Of a stretch of 64,000 bases of DNA, positions 12,723-26,520 are shown one piece after another. The position numbers and the translations under genes were made by a program. Source of the stretch: Octopus vulgaris (taxonomy: Eukaryota). Position 1 is the stretch's first letter. Every line of letters starts with the position of its first letter. A model generated the notes under the pieces. It had not been told where the DNA came from. It was given only the letters and a program-made list of their open reading frames with translations, and ran no database searches. The DNA lies in assembly GCA_951406725.2 (NCBI GenBank), contig OX597819.1, positions 99,696,001-99,760,000 of the forward strand. Direction: 5' to 3'.

Positions 12723-12909
12723 TAGTTATCACCAAGCTAACGTGGCAGTACAGAAAAATAGGACGAATGCTGCCGTTCGAAGGTTATAATGGACACAGGT
12801 TTGTTTGTCACATAGCTAGCTAGAGGCGATGGCCTCTTGGAACTAATCAACGGCAGCATTCGTCCTATTTTTTTTTTTTTGGACTGCTATGTTCGCTTGG
12901 CGATAACTA
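12723..12909. mobile_element. MITE-like foldback element with ~60-bp imperfect terminal inverted repeats
   Basis: TAGTTATCACCAAGCTAAC..AATAGGACGAATGCTGCCGTT pairs with AACGGCAGCATTCGTCCTATT..GTTCGCTTGGCGATAACTA. Confidence 0.7.
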
Positions 12910-15623
12910 TAACTAATATTGTATGTTGTTATTTTATCTTCTACCCATTTCAATAATTAGACTGCGGACATGCTGGGACACCAATCTCAAGGGATTTTGT
13001 CCAACGGATTGACCCACCACTTATATTTAAATCTGGCGTTTATTCTGTAGGCATCTTTTCTGGTGCGGCTAAATTATGGGAACCTAAACAAAACAGCACC
13101 TGTTGTCAGGCAATGGGGAGGGGACAAACACAAAGTCACATATTTACATATACGACGGACTTCCATAAGGGACCCCTTTATCAAATTCACTCAGAAATCA
13201 CCGGTTGTCTCAGGGTTATACTAAAAGTTACTTCCCCAAGATACCGCGAAGAGAGTTTGAAATCGAAGCAACATGGTTGCAAAATGGACTTCTTAACAAC
13301 TTACTTATGCCAACACCTATCATGTTTATTTTACTGTTATTTCCGATTGTCGTGAAATATTGGATAAAAGCCATTCCTCGTTCGGCTTGCATTTCTTGTT
13401 TCTTTATTTCTTTATTTTTTTTGCTTCTCCTGTTAGGGACACCGTTTTTCATTATGCCACCATTATATATGCTAGCAAGTATAGTAAAGGCTTAAAAGTC
13501 CAACATGCGCTAGCAATGTGATTCAATCCCTTTTAAAATTAACTCTACAGAGTTTCTTTAGAAATTAGAGTCAGCTCTGAAAGTTACGTCAAATCGTATA
13601 CGAACATGTCTATTTTGCTGTCTTCCATCGTACTCTTTGGATAGATGTATTTGTATACGAAACGTCGTAAATTTTGGTGTTGCCTGTAGTTTTTATACAA
13701 AATTTGTATACAAAATTTAAAAAGTAAATATTCATTGTCCCCCCCACTTTTATGTGACAGCGTGTGATTTGGAGCAAATTTTAACAACTATTTCTTGGGC
13801 ACTACGTGTTTAGATGGAGGTTCCGCCATTTTTTCGTTCATTAATGGAAATATGCGATGTTTTATGTGTAAAACATCTCACCAAAGCACTCTTAGAAGAT
13901 AAATCTTTGGAGTGCGAGACACTGATTAAATGTTTAAAATCTTGAGAAACTTGAAAAGAAAGGATCTTCGTTCAGTTTACTAAATTTTACAATTTATAAG
14001 CTATATTTACTTATTAAGTTCTGCATTTTGTTTTTCCTACAACACAGTATTATAACCAGTGTAAATTTTGACGACCAGAAGATACGGCATCGAATGATAA
14101 CATGTTATAGACAGTAGCTGTAAAGTGTTCACTACTTAGAACGAAGCATCAGGTTGATTATTAGTACACTTCGCACTCCTGTTGATGATTATGCAACGTA
14201 ACCCTCTGTGAAGATATCAATAGATGCATACATACATACCAAAACTACATATATGTTTATAAATATAAATACACAGAGTCACACAAAAGCACACGCGCGT
14301 ACACAGAGACACAGACACACACACACACACATACACACACACACACTCCTGTACATAATTAGGTGTTATTTCGATAATACTTAGTTTTCTGTTTGGGTAA
14401 AATTAATTAATTAATTAATTAATAATTAACAAATTTACCAATTATTTCGGTATGTTAAAAGAACCATTATCGGTAAACTTAAACAAAAAATGGTCCTTTT
14501 AAAGTGGCGAATACTACTTGGTGGAATTATTTATTATTAATTAATTAATTAATTTCACCCTTTATTATTATTGATATATATATATATATATATATGTATC
14601 TATGTATAGATATGTGTGCATAAATGTGTGTGTGTGTGGATGTATATATACAGAGAGTGAGAGGGGAAAGAGGAAGGGAGACAGAGGGCGGATGAGATAC
14701 AGGGAGGAAAGGAGAGATGAGTAGAATACAGACAGATAGATATTAAGGATGGATGGATATGTGTATGCATGTGTGTGTTTCTGTGTGCGTGTGTGCGCGC
14801 GCACACGCGTATGCTTATTCTATACAAACACATTTTAATCGCACTTGAGTTGTGCCCTCTTAAAACAATACTTCTTAAGTAATTTCACTTAACCTCATTT
14901 TTCAATATGTTTAATCTGTTTCAGTTTAATTCGAAGAAACTCTCAAGAGAGAAATCAGTGTGAGTAATTTCGTCTTTTGTCACTTTCGTGTAATCATTAT
15001 TCACGTAAGAATAAGAGAGCCGATTTACAATAATATTAATTTGCTTAAGAAATATATAAATATAAATGTATATGTGTGTGTCTGTGCGTGGGGGCGCGCG
15101 CGCGCGTATGTGTGAGTGCATAGTTCAAGTGCGCAGAAAACGTAAGAGGGAGACAGGTATCGGAACAACAAACAAGTGCATTAGTTTAATGCCCAGACGT
15201 TTCAAGCTAACGCCATTCATCAAAAAGGATTGAGAGGTAATAAAATCGAGAGAGAACGAAAAACACGGAAAGAAAAACTGTAGAGATTAACGGTTCAAAA
15301 TTACGTGCACGCATGTATGTATACATCATAAAATGTTTAGCGTCCAATAGGATAAAGGCATTCAAGTCACAAAGGCTCTAAGGTAGAGTCGCGGATAACT
15401 TACTAACTGGGTGTGCGAACACTCACGTACTTATTAAAATAAATACGGATTTGTCCTTCAGGTTACGCTTACATTCACAAGCATGGGCCAAATGTAAAGT
15501 GCATAAGTAAAATTACACGGAAGGCTCAAGATCCAACTCAGGGGAAAAGATAAGGTTCGGAGTTTGGTGAAATATAAATAGTAACGTTGTTGCTAATCAG
15601 CGTTATTATTTATACATACACAC

Positions 15624-15675
<52 letters not shown>

Positions 15676-15774
15676 GAGTAAACACATGATGTGAAACAAG
15701 GTGGAAAAAGAGTACTCAAATACCAGTGGTAGAGTAATATGCTTTATTTAAAGCAGCAGAAAATTCAACAAAAC

Positions 15775-15812
15775 CTGTTACTCTGAGTTTCCCGTTGCCG
15801 TTCATCGGACAG
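15775..15812 (-). ncRNA. minimal hammerhead-like motif (U4C variant) in a short repeat (~15672-15822); second copy at 22798-22835
   Basis: Minus strand ctgt-CCGATGA-acggcaacgg-GAAA-ctcagag-TA-acag. Confidence 0.55.
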
Positions 15813-15822
15813 TTTTTGCTAG

Positions 15823-16232
15823 TGAATCACTAGGTCACGCACCGACTCTGACTCTGGAATCGTATTACCTTCTGGTCCAGTGTAACCCCATTTTTTAAGC
15901 CTGGTGTTGGGCCAATAGTGGAGTGCTTGAAATTTCATAACATTGAACTTCAGGTTATTTTTGTAGATTTCATACAGGTCTTTCTGCAGTTTTATAATGT
16001 CCTCTGGGTTCCTAACTGCTTGCGATACTTTTGTGTCCTTAGTGTAACTAGTCAAATTGGCTGACTATACCGTGAAGGGCTGTCTGAGAAGGCCACCACA
16101 AATAGTATGGCCCAGTACAGTTCCCAGAGTGAGCACCATGGGCTACAACTTTCTGGCTCCTGCCCTTTAGAAAGTCATGCAGCCACTCTCCTAGTTTCGC
16201 AGTAGTACCAAGGTTTCGTAGTTTGTGGCATA
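15823..16232 (-). mobile_element. decayed LINE RT fragment
   Basis: YTKDTKVSQ...LKFNVMKFQALHY...ESVRDL, homologous to the RT at 2449-3684. Confidence 0.8.
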
Positions 16233-16749
16233 TAATAAAATGTGGTAAGGTGTGAGCTCAGCATTTTTCTCCTTTTTCATATTTACCTATATTTTCCTTT
16301 CAAATTGCTTTGAATACTTGCTACTTAATCTCTTGTAAGTATTTACTGAAACCTATACTTTGTAATTTGATTAAGTAAACACGTCATGTTTCAATATTAT
16401 TTAATGCTGGGAGTAATCTATACTTTAACATTATCTTAGATATCTATACTTGAATTTCATTTAAGTCACCAGCTCTGTAACTTACATTTCTTAGTCCATC
16501 AATTAACAAGTAACACTATATAATTCAGTCTGTTTTGAAACTTTTGTGTTTAAACCAATGGTGAAGTATTTTATAGTCCACTGAATGACCTGACATCCCT
16601 TGTGAGTCCTTTATTGCTTATATTTTTAGTTATTTACATACATACTCACACACACACACTCATACACAAACATATACTCTTTAAGTATCTATATCTGTAC
16701 ATATGTTCAGATTTGTACCTGTTTATTAGCATGTGAGTGCGTGTATGTA

Positions 16750-17150
16750 TACTCTTTTACTCTTTTACTTGTTTCAGTCATTTGACTGTGGCCATGTTGG
16801 AGCACCGTCTTTAGTCGAGCAAATCGACCCCAGAACTTATTCTTTGTAAGCCTTGTACTTATTCTATCGGTCTCTTTTGCCGAACCGCTAAGTAACAGGG
16901 ACGTAAACACACCAGCATCGGTTGTCAAGTGATGTTGGGGGGACAAACACGGACACAAAAACATATACACACACATACATATATATATACATATATACGA
17001 CGGGTTTCTTTTAGTTTCCGTCTACCAAATCCACTGACAAGGCTTTGGTCGGCCCGAGGCTATATTAGAAGATATTTGCCCAAGTGCTACGCAGTGGGAC
17101 TGAAACCAGAACCATGTAGTTCGCAAGCAAGCTACTTACCACACGGCTAC
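16750..17150 (-). mobile_element. tRNA-derived SINE family A (head, TA/TG tract, body, LINE-like tail); other copies 12945-13275(-), 19866-19985(+), 20150-20428(-), 22515-23140(+), 57700-57880(+)
   Basis: Head GTGTGGTAAGTAGCTTGC..GGTTTCAGTCCCACTGCG and tail CGGTGCTCCAACATGGCCACAGTCAAATGACTGAAAC(AAGTAAAAG)n. Confidence 0.85.
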
Positions 17151-17276
17151 TCCAACGCCATGGCGGCGCTCTAGCATGACTGCAACCAAATGACTGAAAC
17201 AAATAAAGGAATATTATATATATATTATACAGTAAGGGATATAAAGTATCTAAATATATTATTTTGTATTTCACAG

Positions 17277-17379
17277 TTTAAAAGAAGATGCATATTACCA
17301 TGAAATCGATCCAGATTGGATGTCAAAGTGTGTAGCTATTAGGAAAAGTATCGAAGAGTGAGAGGCAATTCCACAAAAT
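17277..17379 (+). pseudogene. duplicated exon copy (LKEDAYYHEIDPDWMSKCVAIRKSIEE*EAIPQN) with in-frame TGA
   Basis: Same acceptor, donor, length (103 nt) and downstream intron as 11601-11703. TGA replaces the TAC of YEEI. Confidence 0.55.
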
Positions 17380-17506
17380 GTAAGTTTATTTTTCTGTAAC
17401 TAAGCATACTTATTGTGTTGTTCGTCAATATTATGACGACCTTATTAAATTTTCTTGTAAAGGCTGTGATTTGGTAGAATCGGTAGCACGCGGAGAAAAT
17501 GCTTTA

Positions 17507-19345
17507 GAGTTAAAGAGCGACTGAAACACAGTCTTAGAGCCACGTTTGGACTGCGTGAGGCTAGCGCATAGAAGAGAGCATGGTAAAAGTATTGGAAATC
17601 AACTAAGACATTTCGACTCTCTGACAGCTACCGAATGGATTTCCCTGACGTGCCAATGTGGACGTGAACGAATCGCATAGCGTCATCCAGGACATATCTA
17701 GACACAGTATCCTGTAGATAAAAATGCAGTCCTGAATGAAACGTAGACCGAGTCAGGGCGCCTGACACAGTGTCATGAGACGCTCACAGTGCTCTGTCAG
17801 TTGGACAATGCAGTTGGTGGAAGTTACCCTCAAGTGTTCTATAGATGGTTAGTGGCGAGTACGTGCGACGATGTTCTAGGGGAGACACTGGGCGTTCACC
17901 AAAACGAGCTGGCTGATCTGTTCCGGTGGACTTTCGTGCCGGGACCCTGAATTATCTCCAGAAATCTCGGGTCTCGCAGTGCTATTAGGATTGAGGGCAT
18001 TGCCGGTTCGGGATATCTCTACAAACATGGAAGTACCGTCAGCCTGGCTTGCCCTAGGCGCAAACGGAGCGACGAAATTGTTCTGCACGTGCGCGTCCAG
18101 TGCCCGAGTATTGCTGATGTGTGGGTTTATGTCGAACACCAGCTGTAGCGTGTAGGTCGGATCCTGCTATCAGCTGAGTCCATCGTGAAGATCGCTCCGT
18201 CGCCTTCCTTTGACCAGGAAAGTCAGGCAGTGTTTCTTAGACTGGTTACCTTAGCGAGAAAGGTTGTGTGATGGATCAGGTTGAAAGTGCTGAAGATAGA
18301 GACTTTTCTCTTTGGTCAAACCCTCATCAACTTTTTCAAATTTCTCTTGAAAAGTAATGTGATGGTAGAGATGGAGTAGCTGCCTCCCAGCTATTTTGTT
18401 ATTTTGTCAAAAATTAGATTTAATGTAACGCGAATGGCCCGAGTGAACGGGTCTGCTGTAATCATGCACCTCTAGATCGAGGCTGGTTGAGGTGGATCAG
18501 AGTGATCGTGGTTTTTGTGGGGTTTCTACTAGCAGCACTTAGAAGTCTCCCCTTTTGGATATTTATTTGTTATAATTTTTATTATTATTCCCCTTTTACA
18601 CGATTCAATGCACTCCGTAGGTATTGTATTTTCCTGCACCGTCCCTAATATTTTATGTATGAACCCTCAGTGATTAATGAAGAAAGGATTATCATTATTA
18701 TTATTGGTATTTCTATAATCATTATAATTATTATAATTATGGCTATTATTATTTTTGTTATATTTATTATTTTCGTTAGTTGTTCTTCGTTGGTGATGTC
18801 CATTAACATGGCGCTAATTAAATGTGGCTACGATGCATTCAATGCAAAGCGCAGAGGAGTAAGATAATTTAATGGTGGACCAATTAAAGATACGGTGGGG
18901 TAGTAAATTGAATGTGATAATAGCAAAAAATTGCTCTGGTGAGCCCTTAACATTTGAAAAAGGGTGGGGGTATACCAAAGTAATGTTCTCTCCCAGATTT
19001 TATAAGGTAATCTGCTGTTTGCTGATGCGGGGTTTAGTTTTATAGTTGGTATTGTGGATGTAATTCTACCTATAATGCTGCATTTCGTATGAGTAGTTTT
19101 GAGGTGTATGAGAGGTGGTTGAATATGCTGCTTTTTAACGTTTAGGGTACTGAGATGAGTTCTTATGCACTGTGGGGAAAATCGTAACCGTGGTTTTGGT
19201 GTGTGTTGACTCAGGATGTATTTGAATTAGATAGTTCTTAAGCCTAGTATTGGAGCAGGATTTGATCTTTCGGGAGAAGGTGTTTACGGCAAGAGCTTGA
19301 TCATAATAGTTTTAGTGTGGTGATTTCCGCTGTTGCAGACAGACG
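17507..19345 (-). mobile_element. highly degenerate Penelope-like element remnant
   Basis: Minus-strand fragments LLWYTP..FSNV and RIFNWSTIKLSYS (~18840-18990) resemble the PLE post-RT region. Boundaries are uncertain. Confidence 0.4.
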
Positions 19346-19432
19346 GAAATTCTAATAGAAATACCCTTAATTACGCTATTAAAACAGATTTATGGTGGGA
19401 AATTTTCAGATTCTACCCTCTCTATGTATGTT

Positions 19433-19474
<42 letters not shown>

Positions 19475-19667
19475 TGTGGGTATGTGTGTGTGTGAGTGTG
19501 TGTGTGTGTGTGTAACGATAGTTTACATATCCAAATTGTTATAGTTTTATTGATAGATTATAAAAATAAGCTAAGCGATTTGAAATTGCAGTTAGCTGAT
19601 AGTTGTAGTTTTTGTTTCATGCTAAATCTAATTATTTATGTCAATAAATTCTTTTGTTTATACTTAG

Positions 19668-19717
19668 TTCAAGATCAAGAGACCAAATATCCAATCAGAC
19701 CAAAGTCCTTCCACCCA
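19668..19717 (+). CDS. candidate 50-nt exon (FKIKRPNIQSDQSPST in phase 0->2)
   Basis: Acceptor cttttgtttatacttag and donor gtaagt. The phase fits between 11703 and 21846, but all three frames are open. Confidence 0.4.
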
Positions 19718-19794
19718 GTAAGTTGTCTCATTGAAACCTATTTATTATTTGATACACGTATACCTACACATATACACACAGGTACACACACACA

Positions 19795-19861
<67 letters not shown>

Positions 19862-20210
19862 ATGTAGGTGCCGGAGTAGCTGTGTGGTAAGACGTTTACT
19901 TCCCAACCCCATGGTACCAGGTTTAGTTCCACTGCGTGGCAATTTGGGCAAAATGTCTTCTACAATAGCCCAGGGCCAACCAAATTATTGAGGTGAACCC
20001 TTTTCAAGAAACAACAGTGTAGGGCTTATTCTACTGAGCGATTAGATTAAAGTATTAATTTGAAAGAGACAAGTTCCAAGGTCAACAATACTCCTCCTCA
20101 AAGCCAATACCCATCTAAATACAGAGAGCATATATATGCCATTATTAGTATGCGAACACATAACAAGCAATGCTAGGGGGACAAACACAGACACACAAAC
20201 ACACACATAC

Positions 20211-20264
<54 letters not shown>

Positions 20265-20424
20265 GACAGGCTTCTTTCAGTTTCCGTCTACCAAATCCAC
20301 TCACAAGGCATTGGTCGGCCCGGGGCTATAGCAGAAGACACTTGCCCAAGATGCCACGCAGTGGGACTGAACCCGGAACCATGTAGTTGGTTAGCAAGCT
20401 ACTTACCACACAACCACTCCTGCG

Positions 20425-20531
<107 letters not shown>

Positions 20532-20570
20532 AAAGATAAATGCGATACAATAAAATTAATTATAATCGCC

Positions 20571-20606
<36 letters not shown>

Positions 20607-20637
20607 GTGTGTATGTATGTATGTATGTATATATATC

Positions 20638-21073
20638 TTTAAATTGTTTCAGCTTCAAATTTGTAGTCATGTTGGCGCACCACCATTAACTGTGCTACCC
20701 CATTATTTGAGATCCCCTCTGATATGTGGCATTTGGTAAATGAGTTAGATTGATGCTGCTGCAATCATATGTGTCTCCTGCCGTGAGATAGGCTTTTCTG
20801 GGATCCTTGACAGGTGTAGATCCAGGTTTGCTTTGAAGACACCCACATCCACACCATGCAAAACTCTGCGGCATTTTGAAAGGATACTGAAGAGCTGTGG
20901 GCCCCTGAAACCCAGTATCTGGTCCTGTATTTTGATGGTGATGCAGGGATTTTGGCACTAAGCAGTGGTGTCCCGATCTGCTGTTTGTGTAACCTTCAAT
21001 GCCAAAGTTTGGTACAAGGCCTTCCAGAACTTTCCAGAAGTATATCTGTACATATCTTCCCCGCCTCCGTTTC
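20638..21073 (-). mobile_element. LINE 3'-end fragment, related to the 1640-3814 family
   Basis: RRRGRYVQIYFWKVLEGLVPNFGI plus tail GGTGGTGCGCCAACATGACT..GCTGAAAC; flanked by TA-rich tracts. Confidence 0.85.
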
Positions 21074-21240
21074 ATATATACTTAAATATATATGCAAATA
21101 TACATATATAGACACACATAAATGTACATATATAAAAATGTTCACGTACAATCACAAACACATATATGTACACACATATACAAATATATATTCATATACA
21201 CATATGAATATATACATGTATATAACCATATATATATATT

Positions 21241-21300
<60 letters not shown>

Positions 21301-21845
21301 CATACATGCATACATATCTGCATGCATACATACAAAGATACATACATACATAGATACATACATACATACATATATGTATACACACACTAACACAGAAATA
21401 TATGTGTGTGTCTGTGTGTGCGTACGTATGTATTTATGTATACATATATATGTACATATTCATAATTTACTTTTGTGACAACTTTATTTGACTTCCCTGT
21501 TTGGCTTTACCATATTGCTCATGGAAAATGGATAGCTTCCTTGGAGTCTTTGCAGACAAATATCAAAAATGCTAGTCGGCATTATTGCAATATGCCGTAA
21601 ATGCAGCAAAATAGAAAGTTCTCTAAGTGGGGCAATTCCATTCTTTCCCTCGTCAGAATGATTAGATCTAGAAGTACATTATCCGGTGTGTGATTCCGTT
21701 TTATGATGCATTTGTGCAACTCTAAAGATAATCGGTTGCTATTTCAAGTGATTCCTTGACCTTTTTAAAACTTACCAACTTCAGAATGTACTGTATTATT
21801 ATATCAAGCAGTTGAATAATAATGAAACTTTATCGTATTTTTCAG

Positions 21846-21876
21846 ACTGGATATGGACAAGACAACCAAGTTTTAA
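21846..21876 (+). CDS. candidate terminal coding exon (LDMDKTTKF*)
   Basis: Acceptor tatcgtattttttcag. Phase 2 start fits after 19717. AT-rich sequence with AATAAA follows. Confidence 0.3.
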
Positions 21877-22685
21877 ACTTACAGCAATCAATTTGTTTAG
21901 TTTTAATATTTTTTTCTTAAATAGTGTGAATTTTTAAAATAATTATTAAAATAAAATTAGGTATAATTTTTAAGGCAAAATACCAAAATATTTTCTTGTA
22001 TCAGAACAAAAATTTAGTGAACCTTTCAACCTATGCATGTAGATGTGTACCTATGCAGGTAGATGTGTAAAATACTACAAAAAATTAATAAATGCTTAAT
22101 AAATAACAAATATTAGTAAACTTACCATAAATTGGTTTATCTATCTAGATGTAAATCTTTCTTCTGTTCACAATTTCAATACTTTCTCAAAATGTACGTA
22201 TATCTACTTCGTTAGACGATAAACTTCACATAATTAAAACACATCTATTTGCTTCCTATTATAAATTTTCTGAAGAAATATGTTGACCTTAGTAAAAACA
22301 GTTCATTAAATTGCTTTTCTCTTTTTAGTCGGAGATAAAAGGAGCATTCAATCAAAATTGGGCTACAGGCATTTGGAATACACTAGTAAAATATGATTTT
22401 TACTAAGCCCTTTATTATACTCATTTTAAGTGGATTGGTTAGAAAGTAATGCAAATTTTAGTTCCACTAATTCTTGATCTACTCTCGAAATAGTGTTCAC
22501 TGCTTCGTTGTTTCAGGCGTGGCTGTGTCATAAGAAGATTGCTTACCAGGACCCTGATTCTGGATTCAGTCCCACTGTGTGACATGTTGGGCAAGCGTAT
22601 TCTACTTTAGCCTCCGGCTGAATAAGTTCTTGTTAGTAGATTTTGTAGATGGAAACTGAAAGAAGCACGTTGTATACACACACAC

Positions 22686-22765
<80 letters not shown>

Positions 22766-22797
22766 TTTATTTTAAGCAGCAGAAAATTCAACAAAAT

Positions 22798-22835
22798 CTG
22801 TTACTCTGAGTTTCTCGTTGCCGTTCATCAGACAG
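22798..22835 (-). ncRNA. minimal type I hammerhead motif in an ~80-bp insert inside the TA tract of a SINE
   Basis: Minus strand ctgt-CTGATGA-acggcaacga-GAAA-ctcagag-TA-acag. Confidence 0.65.
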
Positions 22836-22846
22836 TTTTTGCTAGA

Positions 22847-22906
<60 letters not shown>

Positions 22907-23351
22907 ATATGCATGTATGTATGTATGAATGTGTGTGTGTCTTTATGTTTGCGCTTGTTCCCCAGCACCGTTTGAAACCGGTGTATGTATGTTTACGTTC
23001 CCGTAACGTAACAGCTTAGCAAAAGAGACCGATAGAATAAGTACCAGGCTTTAAAAAAGTAAGCCCTGTGGTCGATTTGTTCGACGAGAACCCTTTAAAG
23101 CGGTGCCCCAGCATGGTCACGACCAGACAACTAAAACAATTTTAAAAAATATCAGTAAGATAAAAATAGATGAAAAAATCGTTTCATAACACTAATACAT
23201 TTGTGAGACAATGTTAAGTTTACGACATCTTATTTTAAATAAATGATTGAACAGTCCAGAAGTAAAAAGTTTTCTATGAAGATTAACCATACATTTAGCT
23301 GCAATATTATTATATTGTAATATCTGTAATAGCATTTATTACATGGAGGAG

Positions 23352-23722
23352 GGCGGCGAGCTGATAGAAATGTTACCACGCCGTTCTGAGTTCAAATTCC
23401 GCCGAGGTCAACTTTACCTTTCATCCTTTCGTGGTCGATTAAATAAGTACCTGTTACGCACTGGGGTCGATATAATGGACTTAATCCTTTTGTCTGTCCT
23501 TGTTTGTCCCTTCTGTGTTTAGCCCCTTGCGGGTAGTAAAGAAATAGGTATTTCGTTTGCCGATACGTTCTGAGTTCAAATTTCACCGAGATCGACTTTG
23601 CCTTTCATCCTTTCGAGGTCGACTAAATAAATACCAGATACGTACTAGGGGGGATGTAAACAACTTAATCACTTTGTCTGTCTTTGTTTGTCCCCTCTGT
23701 GTTTAGCCTCCTGAGGTCAATA
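23352..23722 (+). mobile_element. SINE family B, tandem dimer
   Basis: Two ~180-bp units GTTCTGAGTTCAAATT..GTCGACTTTGCCTTTCATCC..TTTAGCCCC. Confidence 0.85.
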
Positions 23723-25142
23723 AAATATATATATAGAATTTAGAGGAAATGAATCAATGTTAAAACAAAATATACTTTTACAATAAATATTGGGATTTTG
23801 TAATACACAACTGTTAATGTACTAATATTAAACTTAAGATCATGATTTTCTTATGTGTTAAATAACTTTCAGTAAAAATCTTACTAAATATATTTTTTAA
23901 ACTTCGGACATGTACCCACATACAATTTTATAAGATTTCAATACAGATTATCCTGATTAAAGATTTGTTATATTTCATTGTGACTTTGTGTTCTACTTCA
24001 ATATGTTTTTTCTTCCTTTAGCTATTCCCCAAATTGTTCGCTTCATTACTCAGCTGCGGTACAGTGTTGTTAGCTGCGTAATAAGAGCTCAGTTTTGTTG
24101 TTGATATACTCATTGCCGTTATATCTTAAAATGCACGCAACATATGTTAAATTACGCCAACGAATCTGATGAGAAACGGACACTACTTCAAGCAAGTGAA
24201 TAAAATCGCCACTTGTAAATAATTCGTTTATTTATATACGACTGAAATTTGAAATAGAAAAGAAAGACGACACAATCCTCATAATCTCACACTTTTCATA
24301 AGATTCATAATACTAGATCAATTTGTTCAATATTGTACCAAATCTACTCTAGATAAATCTGCATTGCAAACCCCCATATCATATTCTCGAGAGAACACCA
24401 ATTAAACAATACATTTCTTAAAGGTATATGTATGGAGATGTATGACTATCAATATTTAGCATAGATGTCCTTTCATGTGTCGCTTACACAAACAAAAAGA
24501 AAAAAATATATACCCCTTTCTCTCATTTAGAATTTATGACCTAATCTCTGTAACTCTCGTAAGATTCCCTAAGATATATTGAAGATTCCTAAATATAACC
24601 GGTAGAATCTTTAGCATACTGAACAACGTTTAATGGTATTTCATCCGTCTTTAACTTCTGAGATGAAATTTCTCTGAGGTCGACTTTGCCTTTCATCCTT
24701 TCGGGATTGATAAAATAAGTAGGAGTTGAACACTGGGGTCGATGTAATCGAATTGTCCCTCTCCCGAATTTGCTGGCCTTGTACCAAATTTTGAAACCAA
24801 TATTAGCTGTATGAAACTACAAATCTGCTAAAATTGGTGTTTCATAACGAAGATAATTTCATTTCTAGTTCCTAACTTTTTTACCTCGTGGTTCACTCGA
24901 GATCAAATGTAAAATATATGGAAAGTTAAAAAGATGCGTTTCTGAGTCTATACTTTAGAAAGAAAAGAAAAAACGGAAAGAAAATAGTAACTAAAAAAGA
25001 AAAAAAAAACTCCTAATGTGAGTCATTAATAAAACTTGTATAAAAGCTGAGTTTGGTGGCCATTCATGTAATTTTTTTCTGTATTGGAGCAGACGTACGA
25101 TAAACAGTCTTTTATTACACCGTCAATAAGAGTATATTTGAA

Positions 25143-25715
25143 GGCGGCGACCTGGCAGAAACGTTAGCAAGCCGGGCGAAATGCTTAGCAGTATTTCGTC
25201 TGCCGTTACGTTCTTAGTTCAAATTCCGCCGAAGTCGACTTTGCCTTTCATCCTTTCGTGGTCGATTAAATAAGTACCAGTTACGCAATGGGGTCGATGT
25301 AATCGACTTAATCCGTTTGTCTGTCCTTGTTTGTCCTCTCTGTGTTTAGCCCCTTGTGGGTAGTAAAGAAATAGGTATTTCGTCTGCCGTTACGTTCTGA
25401 GTTCAAATTCTGCCGAGGTCCACTTTGTCTTTCGTCTTTTCGGGGTCTATAAATTAAGTACCAGTTACGCACTGGGGTTGATGTAAGCGACTTAATCCGT
25501 TTGTCTATCCTTGTTTATCCTCTCTGTGTGTAGCCCCTTGTGAGTAGTAAAGAAATAGAAATAGGTATTTCGTCTGACTTTACGTTCTGAGTTCGAATTC
25601 CGCCGGGGTCGACTTTGCATTTCATCCTTTCGGAGTCGATAAATTAAATACTGGGTCGATCGAATCGACTGGCCTCCTCCCCCAAAATTTAGGGCCTTGT
25701 GCCTAGAGTAGAAAA
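25143..25715 (+). mobile_element. SINE family B, tandem trimer; further copies 24600-24800, 26590-26690(-), 29378-29550, 40630-40850, 51876-52320, 58760-58960(-)
   Basis: Head GGCGGCGACCTGGCAGAAACGTTAGC followed by repeated ~180-bp body units. Confidence 0.85.
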
Positions 25716-25719
25716 TATC

Positions 25720-26520
25720 ATACTTACCGAACTCGGAAGCTTACTGAGATGTCTATACAAAAGTAAGGAAACCCTGCTACTGCCAATTAAGAATGAGGCA
25801 GTTTTAAAAACAGAGAGAAAAGGTAAATAAAGCAAGCAGTACAAAATTACATGAAGAAGCATTACGCTACAAGGGACTACACAATCAATTCCATGTAGCC
25901 ACAACAGAAGTTGCTGGAAAACTGGTGAGACTGGCAGAAGAAAGGAGCGATGTGAAAAGAGACAGAAAGCACCATACTGGCAGCGTAAAATCAAGCTTCG
26001 ACTACATATTGGAGGATCAACCTTTGGCATGAGAAAGTGCCTAAATTGTGTCGCATCTGTAATAGGGTGGACGAAACCATTGCCCATATCCTGAACGAAT
26101 GCTCCAAACCATTACAAGCTGTGATGACACGATGAGGTAGTGAAAGTGCTACTTTGGAAACTGTGCGAAAAGTGGGGTCCAGAGATAGGCAAGACGTGGT
26201 ATGTGCTCAAATCGCAGAAAGTGACGGGGTTGGAGACCTGCAAAATCCTGTGTGGTTTCCCAATCCAAACAGGCCAGGTGCTAAGACATAATAAACCGGA
26301 CCTAATGTCAGTGGACAAGGTGTATCATATGTGCTATTTAGTTGATGTTATATGTCACATTGACATACAAATAGTCAAGAAGGAAGGCGAAAAATGTTAC
26401 ATACAGTCCTCTAAAGTGTGAAATTACACGGCTATGAAAAATGAAGGTGAAGATAGTGCCAATTTTTCGTGTGTGTTTCAAGTCTGTATCAGAAGGCATC
26501 AAAAGAAATATACAGGGAAT
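25720..26520 (+). mobile_element. Dong/R4-like LINE 3' fragment (CCHC knuckle plus restriction-like endonuclease)
   Basis: CRICNRVDETIAHILNECS, RHDEVVKVLLWKLC, HNKPDL...LVDV; multiple stops. Confidence 0.8.

Noticed and set aside
14049-14153. Possible plus-strand exon after a good acceptor (ttttcctacaacacag)
   Set aside because: All frames hit stops before a convincing donor; only a speculative micro-exon would fit.
24166-24180. CTGATGAGAAAC hammerhead-like string
   Set aside because: No room for stem II and no flanking helices.
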